Positions 8,235 through 17,823 of a stretch of 64,000 nucleotides of DNA are shown piece after piece. A model generated the notes under the pieces. That model was given only the letters and a program-made list of their open reading frames with translations. It did not search any database and was not told where the DNA came from. Position 1 is the first letter of the stretch; each line of letters starts with the position of its first letter. The stretch is from Alphaproteobacteria bacterium (GTDB lineage: Bacteria; Pseudomonadota; Alphaproteobacteria; JBFXJJ01): positions 128,001 through 192,000 of the forward strand of contig JBFXJJ010000001.1 in assembly GCA_050175015.1 (NCBI GenBank), given 5' to 3'. The position numbers and the translations under genes were made by a program.

Positions 8235-9458
8235 ATGCTGAAAAAAAAGTTTTATGCCTTTGTAGATAACGTTGATATATTAAGTAAAAGCTCTAAAGGA
8301 AGAGTTTATATAGAATTCGACTGTATTAACGCAGAGGCTTATAAGATTGGTAATTTTAATTCCAAGCCAGATGCTTATGCCGTTTTAAGAATTGTTACAA
8401 CCAAAAAAAGACTACTTGATATAACATCAGAAAAAACTCTTCCTAAAACCTCTAGTTGGTGGGAAATAGGCGTTTCTTCTAATAAAAAGTGGTTGCCGAC
8501 TTGGTTTTCAAAATTGCAAGAAGATGGTTTTAGCTTTCCAATTAAATGTTATACGCATGGTTTAAAGCGAATTAAAGATGATGAAGATTACCCTAAAAGA
8601 AAAAGTTTAAGTGCGGCGGCGACAAAAAAGGTTATGTTAAGCGATGTTACTCAAGATTTTTGTATTGATAATTTAAGCAGAGAAAAATGTAATGCCTGCA
8701 AAATTTTATCAAAAATTAAACCGATTGACAAAATTATTATATATGATGTTGGACAAGCTAATTTTATTGCCCTTTTAAATAAAGATAATCAAAAAGAGCT
8801 TTATGTTGATGTTGGTTTCCCTCTCCCATTTAATTATAATACGATAAACAAAGCTATTACTGCAAAAGTTTCAAAATTACCTCAAGCAACGATTTTATTA
8901 ACTCATTGGGATTATGACCATATGAGTGCTGTTTTTAAAAATAACAATTTAAGAGAAAGTAACTGGGTTGTTCCTAATCAAAAAATAGGACCTAGCAAAT
9001 TTAAACTAGCAAAAGAGCTAGCAGATAGAGGAAAGCTCCACATATGGGACAATAGTAACAGTAACTGCCGAAAATATTTTAATTTTGGAGACATAAAACT
9101 AGCAACTGGAGATGATATAAATAATTCTGGTTTAATTCTAAATGTAAGGTTTAAGGATTTTTATAATGTACTAATGTCTGGAGATACAGATTATAGTAAT
9201 TGTCCTTTTAATCTCACTTTTGATGCAATTGTTGCTACTCATCATGGAGGAAGTTTTAATGGAAGATGTCCTTCGCCTAAAGGAGGATTAGGAATAAAAC
9301 ATAACTTTATAGATAAGGTTTATTTATCTTACGGCAAGGGTAATCGTTACAAACACCCTTCAAATGCAGCAACCAATCAATATATACGCAACGGTTGGAA
9401 AATAGAAAGAACAGCGAAAGATGTTTCTAAAAAAAGAGGTGATATTTCGATATCTTAA
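8235..9458 (+). CDS. MBL-fold (ComEC/Rec2-like) metallohydrolase with unknown N-terminal domain
   Basis: DVGQAN, THWDYDH, NNSG, SGD, HHGG and GNRYKHP metal-binding motifs. Confidence 0.85.
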   Translation: MLKKKFYAFVDNVDILSKSSKGRVYIEFDCINAEAYKIGNFNSKPDAYAVLRIVTTKKRLLDITSEKTLPKTSSWWEIGVSSNKKWLPTWFSKLQEDGFSFPIKCYTHGLKRIKDDEDYPKRKSLSAAATKKVMLSDVTQDFCIDNLSREKCNACKILSKIKPIDKIIIYDVGQANFIALLNKDNQKELYVDVGFPLPFNYNTINKAITAKVSKLPQATILLTHWDYDHMSAVFKNNNLRESNWVVPNQKIGPSKFKLAKELADRGKLHIWDNSNSNCRKYFNFGDIKLATGDDINNSGLILNVRFKDFYNVLMSGDTDYSNCPFNLTFDAIVATHHGGSFNGRCPSPKGGLGIKHNFIDKVYLSYGKGNRYKHPSNAATNQYIRNGWKIERTAKDVSKKRGDISIS

Positions 9459-9474
9459 TTGATATAAATGTTTT

Positions 9475-9496
9475 GCTCGCACATATTTGTTATAAT
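9475..9496 (+). promoter_or_regulatory. Half-site plus perfect -10 upstream of the WYL regulator
   Basis: GCTCGC-ACATATTTGT-TATAAT; same spacing and shared TCGCACATA as the dnaQ promoter. Confidence 0.5.
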
Positions 9497-9537
9497 AATG
9501 TTTTAATTTTAAAGATATTTTTTAAAAGAGGCTCTAT

Positions 9538-10485
9538 ATGCGGTATGAAAAGTCTGAAAACATTTCAAGATTAGCAATAAAAATGCAGTCTAATGCGGAA
9601 GGTCTTTCATTGGCAGATATTCAAAATGAATTTGGGGTTAGCAGACGAACCGCAGAACGTATGCGAGATGCCGTTTTACGGCTATATCCACAATACGAAG
9701 AAATTATAGATGGCAGAAGTAAACGCTGGAGAATTCCCTATGGCAGAGTAAATAATCCTGCCCTAACGGTTGATGAATTATCATCAATTGCCAAAGCGAT
9801 AAAACTAGCAGAGGAAATTGGACGAGAAGATATTTTTAAACATCTAAAATCAGCCCAGGATAAAATCAAAGCAACCATATCGCCTGATGCAATCAGAAAA
9901 GCAGAGCCAGACATTGAAGCAATTATCGAGGCTGAAGGTTATGCTATGCGTCCTGAGCCAAAAGAAAAAATCGATACTCATATTTTGGAAACATTGGTTT
10001 ATGCTATAAAAGCCTGTCGTAAAGTTAAAGTTGAATATCTTGGAGCAAATTCAGGTAAAATAAGCTTTCAAGTAATCTATCCTTATGGATTTACCTATGG
10101 AAGTCGAAAACGTTTGGTTCTTTATAATGAATATGCCGAAGATTTTTATACTTACCGTTTAGCTAACATAAAAAAAATCAAACTGCTTGATGAATGTTTT
10201 AAAAAAGACGCCAATTTTTCTTTAAAAAAATATGTTGAACAGTCTTTCGGAGCCTTTCAAGAACCTCCTCAAAAAGTTGTTTGGAGAGCCTCTCCCGAAA
10301 TTGCAGATGATGCCAAAAATTGGCTGTTTCACCCAACACAAACCATAGAAGAACAAGCTGACGGCTCTTTACTAATCACCTTTATCGCAGGTGGTTTTTT
10401 AGAAATGGCTTGGCATCTCTATACTTGGGACGGCAAAATGGAAGTCTTGGAACCAAAAGTTTTAAGAGATATGATTGATTTTTAA
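9538..10485 (+). CDS. driD: wHTH-WYL-WCX transcriptional regulator, DriD-like
   Basis: MRYEK, GVSRRTAERMRDAV, YRLANI, SFG, FHPTQ and AGGFLEMAWHLYTW match Caulobacter DriD as recalled from memory. Confidence 0.85.
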   Translation: MRYEKSENISRLAIKMQSNAEGLSLADIQNEFGVSRRTAERMRDAVLRLYPQYEEIIDGRSKRWRIPYGRVNNPALTVDELSSIAKAIKLAEEIGREDIFKHLKSAQDKIKATISPDAIRKAEPDIEAIIEAEGYAMRPEPKEKIDTHILETLVYAIKACRKVKVEYLGANSGKISFQVIYPYGFTYGSRKRLVLYNEYAEDFYTYRLANIKKIKLLDECFKKDANFSLKKYVEQSFGAFQEPPQKVVWRASPEIADDAKNWLFHPTQTIEEQADGSLLITFIAGGFLEMAWHLYTWDGKMEVLEPKVLRDMIDF

Positions 10486-10603
10486 ATGTTTAATCAGATA
10501 ATACTTTTTGCTTTCAAGAAAAAATATTTATACCTCTACACTTTAAATATCATATGACATATTAAACGTCTTATTATAAATAATATACAATTTTTTAGTT
10601 TCA

Positions 10604-10635
10604 CCCCTCACGATTGACTGTGAGGGGAGTTTTTT
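10604..10635 (+). terminator. Terminator between the WYL gene and the ykvA-like gene
   Basis: CCCCTCAC-N8-GTGAGGGG then AG and a T run. Confidence 0.65.
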
Positions 10636-11008
10636 AATCTTTTTCTAACCATTTTTTATATTCTTTCAGTTCATCGCTCACCATTTTTAGGCAGACTGAT
10701 ATTACTGTAATATCATCTGTATAGCCAAAAATAGGGATAAAATCTGGTATCACATCAATAGGCATTAATAAGTAAATTAAGGCAAAAACTATTACACTTA
10801 AATTATTCCAATTAATGTTTTTATAAGTTCCGTCATAGTAATCTTTTGCTAGGTTAAACATTATTTTAACATCACTAGAAACAGAAGATAATATGCCATT
10901 TAGCATAGAAAACAATCGTTCTTCCTTCGCTATTAATTTATGTAAATCTTTTTTATTAACATTATTAGATTGCTTTGTTACAAGCTTTTTAGTTTTTTCA
11001 AAATTCAT
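10634..11008 (-). CDS. YkvA/DUF1232 family membrane protein
   Basis: ALIYLLMPIDVIPDFIPIFGYTDD signature. Confidence 0.9.
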   Translation of the reverse strand: MNFEKTKKLVTKQSNNVNKKDLHKLIAKEERLFSMLNGILSSVSSDVKIMFNLAKDYYDGTYKNINWNNLSVIVFALIYLLMPIDVIPDFIPIFGYTDDITVISVCLKMVSDELKEYKKWLEKD

Positions 11009-11030
11009 ATTAATTCTCCATTAAAATACA

Positions 11031-11090
11031 AAAAAAAGCCTGAACAACCAAATATTCAAGCTAAATTAATGATATATGTTTTAAAGAAAA
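11031..11090 (-). repeat. Copy A of an approx. 58-bp imperfect direct repeat containing a minus-strand terminator
   Basis: AAAAAAAGCCTGAACAACCAAATATTCAAGCTAAATTAATGATATATGTTTTAAAGAAA aligns with 12634-12690. Confidence 0.8.
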
Positions 11091-11248
11091 AATAATTACG
11101 ATTAAAAATACATTTTTTATCAGTATTCTATCTTTATTACAAGTTTCGCTATCAAAACTGGCAACAATCTCTATCTTTTCTTTAATTGACTAAGTGATAT
11201 TCTTAGTTTTAATATAGTTAAATACAATTGAATAATTCGGAGAAAGCA

Positions 11249-12175
11249 ATGTCAGGAGCATACGCTCATATAGCAGCGGTACAAACACTAACATCAGGAA
11301 ACAACCTTGATGAAATAACTATGCCAAAATTATTAAAAAAAGCATTGAGTACGAACCCATCATTTTGCATTATGGGAGCTGTAAGTCCTGATTATCCTTA
11401 TCTTGATTTAACTAATCCAAGTTCTAGTAAATGGGCAGACGAAATGCATAATGGGGGAATGCAAAATATTATAAAATCTGGCATCAAATTAATAAAATGC
11501 CTTGAAAATAATGAAGAACTGGAAAAATGTTTGGCTTGGTTCTTTGGGTTTTTAGCGCATGTTGGAGTGGATATGACCATTCACCCTATAGTTGAAGGCA
11601 TTGCAGGTATTTATTCTTTGAGTAAAGAAAACCAGAGAAAACATCGCATTTGCGAAATGAACCAAGATGTTCATATTTGGCAAAAACTAAATTTGGGAAC
11701 AATCGGCAGATGTGAAATTATAGATAATATTAGATACTGCGATGATGATAAAAAAAATCTTTATGAACCAGTTAGATTGTTTTGGGATAGTATTTTAAGC
11801 TCAGCATATCCAGAGTTATACTCAACCAATAAACCAGATATAAACAAGTGGCACAAAAGCTTCTCTTATATAGTTGACATAGTAGAAGAAAGTCACGAAT
11901 GGCCTAGATTTGCACGACATGTTTCTGTTGATGCGGGATTGTCATATCCCTTGCCAAGTGAGGTTGACGATCAATATATTCAGAAATTAAAAACTCCTGA
12001 TGGTAAAATGTTAAGTTATGATGAAATTTTTAAAAAGGCTTTATCTAACGTAAATGGAATTTGGGTTAACATAGCGGAAGCTATAGAAAACGAAAAAAGT
12101 AGTTATATATCATCTTTATTAAGTTGGAATTTAGATAGAGGTTTAACAAGTTCAGGAGGATATTTATTTTGGTAG
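11249..12175 (+). CDS. Zinc-dependent phospholipase C / S1-P1 fold family protein
   Basis: MSGAYAH, GAVSPDYPY, WADEMH, GFLAHVGVDMTIHP, HRICEMNQD; ATG 11249 follows GGAG. Confidence 0.8.
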   Translation: MSGAYAHIAAVQTLTSGNNLDEITMPKLLKKALSTNPSFCIMGAVSPDYPYLDLTNPSSSKWADEMHNGGMQNIIKSGIKLIKCLENNEELEKCLAWFFGFLAHVGVDMTIHPIVEGIAGIYSLSKENQRKHRICEMNQDVHIWQKLNLGTIGRCEIIDNIRYCDDDKKNLYEPVRLFWDSILSSAYPELYSTNKPDINKWHKSFSYIVDIVEESHEWPRFARHVSVDAGLSYPLPSEVDDQYIQKLKTPDGKMLSYDEIFKKALSNVNGIWVNIAEAIENEKSSYISSLLSWNLDRGLTSSGGYLFW

Positions 12176-12597
12176 CCATAATACGAAAAAAATTCATAAC
12201 AATTATCATCATAAGCCTTTTTGTTGTGTCGTGTTCTTGTGCATCTGCATTCAAAGGCATAAACTCCGAAAAAGTTGATGAGATTTCAGGGAAATTGATA
12301 CTTGTTTCAAAAATAGCTGATGGTGAATTACGTTATAGCGATAATACTTATTCATCAGATGAATTAAAAGATGTTGTATCTAGAAAAAATAAGCTTCTCT
12401 ACAATTATTTCAATGATTTTTATTTGGGCTTTAATATTGAAGGAAAACTCTCGTCCGTAATTGTTTGCGATAAAGAACGTAAATATATGATTGCTGAAGA
12501 TTCTAACTGCACAAGTAAACTTGATAAGAAAGACTCAACTCAAAGTCTTCCTTGCTCTTTTACTTTAAATCTAAATGAAATATGTGCTTATAAGTAG
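12169..12597 (+). CDS. Cys-rich putative lipoprotein or exported protein
   Basis: Basic N-terminus, hydrophobic stretch and FVVSC lipobox-like Cys; overlaps the end of the PLC gene. Confidence 0.65.
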   Translation: MVAIIRKKFITIIIISLFVVSCSCASAFKGINSEKVDEISGKLILVSKIADGELRYSDNTYSSDELKDVVSRKNKLLYNYFNDFYLGFNIEGKLSSVIVCDKERKYMIAEDSNCTSKLDKKDSTQSLPCSFTLNLNEICAYK

Positions 12598-12633
12598 CAA
12601 CCTTATCCTTTTTATATTTTCAGAAACGTTGCT

Positions 12634-12690
12634 AAAAAAAGCCCGAACATCAAACGTTCAGGCTAAACTAATGATATATGTTTTAAGAAA
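12634..12690 (-). repeat. Copy B of the approx. 58-bp direct repeat
   Basis: AAAAAAAGCCCGAACATCAAACGTTCAGGCTAAACTAATGATATATGTTTTAAGAAA. Confidence 0.8.
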
Positions 12691-13014
12691 GGGATTGCTG
12701 CGTCGCTGAAAATATTTTCCCGCCGTATTCCCGTTTTATAATTAGCGTTACTTCCCGTATTTGATTTTTATTTTTTGTCTGGAGCTGTTGAAAACAATCA
12801 TTTTGCTAAAGAAAAATTTCCCGCTTTTTTCTGTAGGATTCTCGTCCGCCCGCCTTAACCCCGCCTGAGCATGCCTCTAAGCAAGAGTTATCAACGTTTT
12901 TTTCTGTTTAAGATTTTTGCTTTTGTTAATAGCAGAATTGGCTCTTGATGGCTCTATCCTTAAGTTTTTTGTATTTTGAGTTTGAAATGAAATTTCATTA
13001 AATTTTGAGCAACG

Positions 13015-13050
13015 AAAAAGCCTTGAAACCGTTGAGTTTCAAGGCTTTTT
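13015..13050 (-). terminator. Hairpin terminator directly downstream of tRNA-Lys
   Basis: AAAAAGCCTTGAAAC-cgttga-GTTTCAAGGCTTTTT perfect inverted repeat. Confidence 0.85.
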
Positions 13051-13052
13051 AT

Positions 13053-13128
<76 letters not shown>

Positions 13129-13271
13129 GCACCTTTTATGTTGTACATAATGATACAAACTCAAAAAAAATCAAGCAACTATTATTATAAAAAAAATTTA
13201 TTTAGCTTTTTTTCATTTTTAAGGTATTAATCATACTAATAAATTAGCAACAACGTTATAGGAAAATCTTT

Positions 13272-13892
13272 ATGGAACAGTTAGAAGCACAACAGTTAGA
13301 AAACATTAAGTTCTTAGTTAAACGTAATATTGATGCTAAAAACAAACTCTTAGAACAAAATATCATTCCATCTCAAATTTACAATTTAGCAAACATTTTT
13401 GCCGACACTTTTAAAAATGGCGGCAAACTTCTTTTTTGTGGCAATGGCGGCTCAGCTGCCGATGCCCAGCATCTTGCCGCTGAGTTCTTGATTCGCTTTC
13501 GTAAGGACGTTGTAAGACCACCATTACCAGCTATTGCCTTACATTTAGATGCGTCTTCTATTACTGCCTGTGGCAACGATTACGATTTCGAATCATATTA
13601 TTCACGTTTAGTTGAAGCTTTAGGAAGCAAAAATGATTGCCTAATAGGCATATCAACTTCAGGAAATTCTAAAAACATTTTAGACGCTATAAAAAAAGCT
13701 AAAGAAAAAGGCTTAAAAACAGCCGCTTTCTTAGGTTGTGATGGTGGAGAAATTGCCAAATTCTGCGATTATCCTATAATTGTTGATGAAAAAATCACCG
13801 CTGTGATTCAAGAAATCCATATTATGGTTGGTCACGCTTTAGTAGAAACAACTGAAAATATAATGATTAAAAAAAATTATTTTAATCATTAA
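13272..13892 (+). CDS. gmhA: D-sedoheptulose-7-phosphate isomerase
   Basis: CGNGGSAADAQHLAAE, GISTSGNS, IQEIH. Confidence 0.93.
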   Translation: MEQLEAQQLENIKFLVKRNIDAKNKLLEQNIIPSQIYNLANIFADTFKNGGKLLFCGNGGSAADAQHLAAEFLIRFRKDVVRPPLPAIALHLDASSITACGNDYDFESYYSRLVEALGSKNDCLIGISTSGNSKNILDAIKKAKEKGLKTAAFLGCDGGEIAKFCDYPIIVDEKITAVIQEIHIMVGHALVETTENIMIKKNYFNH

Positions 13893-13943
13893 AAAAAAAC
13901 GTTACTATTAATCAACAAAATTAATAACTTCAAAGATATAACA

Positions 13944-14669
13944 ATGATTAATAAAAAACCATACATAATAGTTGTAGATGATGACTTAATTACACGTGAA
14001 CTTTTAAATGATGTTTTGATAAAGCACGATTTTAAGGTTGATGTTTTTCGTGATGGACAGGAATTATTTAGAGCGTTAAAAACCAAAGTTCCCAATCTAA
14101 TTGTTTTGGATTTAATCCTGCCTGGAGATGATGGGTTAACCATTTTAAAAAAACTGCGTGAAAACAGTAATATTCCAGTAATTATGCTTACCACAGCCAA
14201 TGAAGACGTCGACAAAATCATTGGCATTGAAATGGGAGCGGACGATTACCTTGGAAAGCCATTTAACCCTAGAGAACTTGTTGCCAGAATTAAATCGGTT
14301 TTAAGAAGAACTTTAGTTCAAAAAATGTCTTCTGTTGAATCAGCAGAAGGAATTATATCTTTTGAAACTTTCACTCTAGATAGTTTTAAACATAAACTCC
14401 TAAAGAATGATGTCGAAATAAACTTAAGCTCTGGTGAATATGAAATGTTACTTATTTTCATTAAACACGCAGGACGAGTTTTAACGAGAGAACAGCTTTT
14501 ATATTATTTACGTGGCGAAGAAGCTACTCCTTTTGATCGTTCGATTGACATTCAAGTAAGCCGTCTCAGGAAAAAAATTGAAGAAGACAGTGCTGACCCC
14601 AAAATTATCACAACAGTAAGAGGCGGCGGCTATATTTTTGTCCCGCAAACCACAAAAACTCTAAAGTAA
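13944..14669 (+). CDS. OmpR/PhoB-family response regulator
   Basis: REC (VDDD, LDLILP, GADDY.KPF) plus winged helix (DRSIDIQVSRLRKK, TVRGGGY). Confidence 0.95.
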   Translation: MINKKPYIIVVDDDLITRELLNDVLIKHDFKVDVFRDGQELFRALKTKVPNLIVLDLILPGDDGLTILKKLRENSNIPVIMLTTANEDVDKIIGIEMGADDYLGKPFNPRELVARIKSVLRRTLVQKMSSVESAEGIISFETFTLDSFKHKLLKNDVEINLSSGEYEMLLIFIKHAGRVLTREQLLYYLRGEEATPFDRSIDIQVSRLRKKIEEDSADPKIITTVRGGGYIFVPQTTKTLK

Positions 14670-17600
14670 TTTGATAAAATCTTCAAATACCTTTACTGTT
14701 CTTATTAGTTCATCTTTTGCTTCGTTAATTTTGGTATCAATCTCATCTAGCTCAGAAAGTTTAAGAGCTTTTTCTACAACAAACATCTTTTCTGAAAGAT
14801 TAACAGCCCCAAGAATTCCGCTAGAGCCCTTAATGCTATGGACGAGTTCTATTAAATCTTTTTTATTGCCTTCCTGCCATAATCTATCAATAACATTATA
14901 TGCTTGAGACCGGTCTTTAATAAAGATATTAAGCATCTTCGACAATCTATCAGGATTGTAATTAGTCCATTCCAACATTAAACCTAAATCAAAGCCGTCG
15001 ACTTGCGGCAATTTGCTATACCAAAGATTTTGGTCTTTCTCATCTTCTTTTTTAGAACCATTTTCCGCCTTTACCCATTTAAGAATGGTCTCAAGCATAA
15101 CTTTGACATCAACTGGCTTTGGAATATGATCATTCATGCCAACGTCTAAACATTTTTGACGATCTTTACTCATTGCATTAGCTGTCATTGCTATAATAGG
15201 CATATTTTTGTATTCAGCTTTTTTCCTAATTTCTCTAGTAGCCTCATACCCATCCATCTTAGGCATTTGAACATCCATCAAAATAACATCGTAATCAGAA
15301 TTAATTTTTTCTAATGCCATGACCCCATTTTCTGCAGGTTCAACCAAAGCTCCGTAGTCTTCAAGCAATTCTTTAGCTATTTCCATATTTATTAGATTAT
15401 CTTCTACTAAAAGAATTTTGACCCCTTCTAATTTTTTATTAGTGCCAGAATAGCTTAGCATAATTTTTCTTTCTACTTTGTTGTCATAGGCATTAACAAC
15501 CGCATCTAAAATCATAGAGGCTGTTGATGGTTTTAATAAGGAACCATCAAATAATTTTTCATCTTCCTCATTGGTTAAACCTACAGCAGAAATCATTATT
15601 ACTTTTGGTTGTTCTTTAGCAATAGATCTAATTGCTTTAGTCGCATCAACACCACTCATATCTGGCATTTTAATATCCATTAAAACAACATCAAATGGCT
15701 TATTTTCTATTGACTTATTATAGATTTCGATTGCATCTTTGCCTGATGAGCATACTGTAGGATTCCAGCCAAAAGCTTTAGTTATGCTTTCCAAAATTTC
15801 ACAAGATGTAAGATTATCATCAACAATTAAGACTTTTAAATTGTTGCGTTGGAATGCCATATTTTTAGAGACATATTTGCTTGTTTCAAACATTTCAAAA
15901 TTAGCATTAAAAGAAAACTCACTGCCTATACCTTGTTGGCTTTGAGCCGTTATATGCCCACCCATAAGATTTGCTAATCTTTGGCTAATCGTCAAACCAA
16001 GACCAGTTCCACCAAATTTTCTACTCGTCGACCCATCTTCTTGTTCAAATGGTTCGAATATTTTCTTGATATTAGGGGCAGAAATGCCAATGCCTGTGTC
16101 TCTGATAGTAAAGTTAAGTGTTACAATCGTCCCATCTTTAGAATATTCCTTAGCAGAGACAACAACTTCACCTTTTTTAGTAAATTTAATCGCATTGCTG
16201 GAAAGGTTTATTAAAATCTGTTCAAGTCTCTGAGGATCACCTACTAAGTTATTTGGCAAGTCAGATTGAATATTAAACAAAACTTCTAAATCTTTGCCCC
16301 TAGAATTCATTGCTAAAATAGTTGCAAGATTTCTTAAAACCCCATCTAGATTAAATTTAACTTTAGCAAGCTCTAGTTTACCCGTTTCTATCTTAGAAAA
16401 ATCAAGAATATCGTTGATAATATAGAGAAGAGACTGGCTTGATACTTCAATCTTTTCGGCATAATCTTTTTGCTTAAGATCAAGATTGGTGTTTTTTAAT
16501 AACTGAATGAGACCTAAAACCGCATTCATTGGTGTTCTTATTTCGTGGCTCATATTTGCCAAAAACTCTGATTTAGCAAGGCTTGCCTTTTCAGCTTTTT
16601 CAGCCATCTCTTTACTTAAGATAATGGCATTTTCTAATTCTTGGTTAATCTCATAAATTTTGATATCTGCCTGTTGGCGCAGTTGAACATTAACCAGCAT
16701 TTGGCTAAAAACCATCAAAAGTTTTTGTTCGTTCTCGGTATATGTATGCTGTTTTTTAACTGAATCAAAGCCAACAAACCCAATGCAATTACCTCTATTT
16801 ATAAGAGGAAGAGTTATCAAACTCTTTATTTCTTGTGGTTCCAATATTTCTCGAAGATTCCCAGCTGGAAGAGCCAAGACGTCCGGTACGTGCATTGGCT
16901 TTCCTGTTAAATGCCATTCCACCCAGTCTGGAATAGCTGCAAGAGGTACTGTTTGTAACTCTTCGATTTGCGGAGAAATATCATCACCACACCATTCGTA
17001 AGTGTTAGAGCAGATACCACGTTTAAAATCATAATCAAAAATATATGCTCTATCAGCACCTACAAAGTTGCCCATCTTAGCTAAAGAATCGTTGATTGCC
17101 CTATCGATTGAATCCAGAGGCATATTGATGTAAGTAGAAGATATCTCTATTAAAAGATTTCTTAATTTTGCTTGTTTTTTTAATTCCTCTTCGGCTTCAA
17201 ACTTTTCTGTTATATCTTTGCCAATAGCCTGAATTTCTAAGATATTTCCTTTGGAATCTTTGATAGCTGAACCTTCCCAAAAAAAGGTTCTTATTCCATT
17301 CGGCGTTTTTGCTTTAATTGTAACCGATGATCGATATGGAGGTTTTTTTACTTCTTCAAAGGCATCGTATATTTTTTGATGGTCTTCCTCGACAACCAGC
17401 CAATCTACCCTTTGTCCTATTACTTCTTCTTTTGTTTTGCCTATTATAGAACAATGAGCTTCATTGGCATAACTAATTCTACAATCAAGATTTATTCTAA
17501 CAATTAAATCATGCTGTGATTCTAAGATGCCTTTAAGATATTCACTTTGTTGTTTTATATCCTCTTCATCTATATGCTTCTTAAATAATAAAAGCACTAA

Positions 17601-17741
17601 ATTAATCGTGAGAAAAACTATAACAATAGGAATATCTTTATATATGTGAATATTATGAAAAAAAAGTGCATATATAAATAATATAATATTAAGAATACAA
17701 GCAAAAATGTATATTGAATTTTTAGCCACTTTTTTTAACAT
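14661..17741 (-). CDS. Hybrid sensor kinase TM-PAS-GAF-HisKA-HATPase-REC-REC-Hpt
   Basis: FLANMSHEIRTPMN, NAIKFT, GGTGLGL, two receiver domains, HSIKGSSG. Confidence 0.93.
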   Translation of the reverse strand: MLKKVAKNSIYIFACILNIILFIYALFFHNIHIYKDIPIVIVFLTINLVLLLFKKHIDEEDIKQQSEYLKGILESQHDLIVRINLDCRISYANEAHCSIIGKTKEEVIGQRVDWLVVEEDHQKIYDAFEEVKKPPYRSSVTIKAKTPNGIRTFFWEGSAIKDSKGNILEIQAIGKDITEKFEAEEELKKQAKLRNLLIEISSTYINMPLDSIDRAINDSLAKMGNFVGADRAYIFDYDFKRGICSNTYEWCGDDISPQIEELQTVPLAAIPDWVEWHLTGKPMHVPDVLALPAGNLREILEPQEIKSLITLPLINRGNCIGFVGFDSVKKQHTYTENEQKLLMVFSQMLVNVQLRQQADIKIYEINQELENAIILSKEMAEKAEKASLAKSEFLANMSHEIRTPMNAVLGLIQLLKNTNLDLKQKDYAEKIEVSSQSLLYIINDILDFSKIETGKLELAKVKFNLDGVLRNLATILAMNSRGKDLEVLFNIQSDLPNNLVGDPQRLEQILINLSSNAIKFTKKGEVVVSAKEYSKDGTIVTLNFTIRDTGIGISAPNIKKIFEPFEQEDGSTSRKFGGTGLGLTISQRLANLMGGHITAQSQQGIGSEFSFNANFEMFETSKYVSKNMAFQRNNLKVLIVDDNLTSCEILESITKAFGWNPTVCSSGKDAIEIYNKSIENKPFDVVLMDIKMPDMSGVDATKAIRSIAKEQPKVIMISAVGLTNEEDEKLFDGSLLKPSTASMILDAVVNAYDNKVERKIMLSYSGTNKKLEGVKILLVEDNLINMEIAKELLEDYGALVEPAENGVMALEKINSDYDVILMDVQMPKMDGYEATREIRKKAEYKNMPIIAMTANAMSKDRQKCLDVGMNDHIPKPVDVKVMLETILKWVKAENGSKKEDEKDQNLWYSKLPQVDGFDLGLMLEWTNYNPDRLSKMLNIFIKDRSQAYNVIDRLWQEGNKKDLIELVHSIKGSSGILGAVNLSEKMFVVEKALKLSELDEIDTKINEAKDELIRTVKVFEDFIKLL

Positions 17742-17823
17742 CTGTTTTTTAAAACTCTTATCTACTGCTCAACAAAATTTATTTTAGCTTATATTATTTT
17801 AGACACTAATTGAAACTATTTTT

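Larger units (their letters stand above)
1..13052. mobile_element. Genomic (defence) island abutting the tRNA-Lys 3' end; left boundary outside the window
   Basis: Integrase, excisionase remnant, CBASS, DUF2958 and WYL cargo all lie downstream of the tRNA, while core genes resume upstream of it. No att duplicate seen in the window. Confidence 0.7.

Noticed and set aside
12690-13010. Possible recombinase or DUF2924 remnant next to the tRNA (IIKREYGGK on the minus strand)
   Set aside because: Only a few residues resemble the family and the frames I translated are interrupted by stops; not enough to call a pseudogene.
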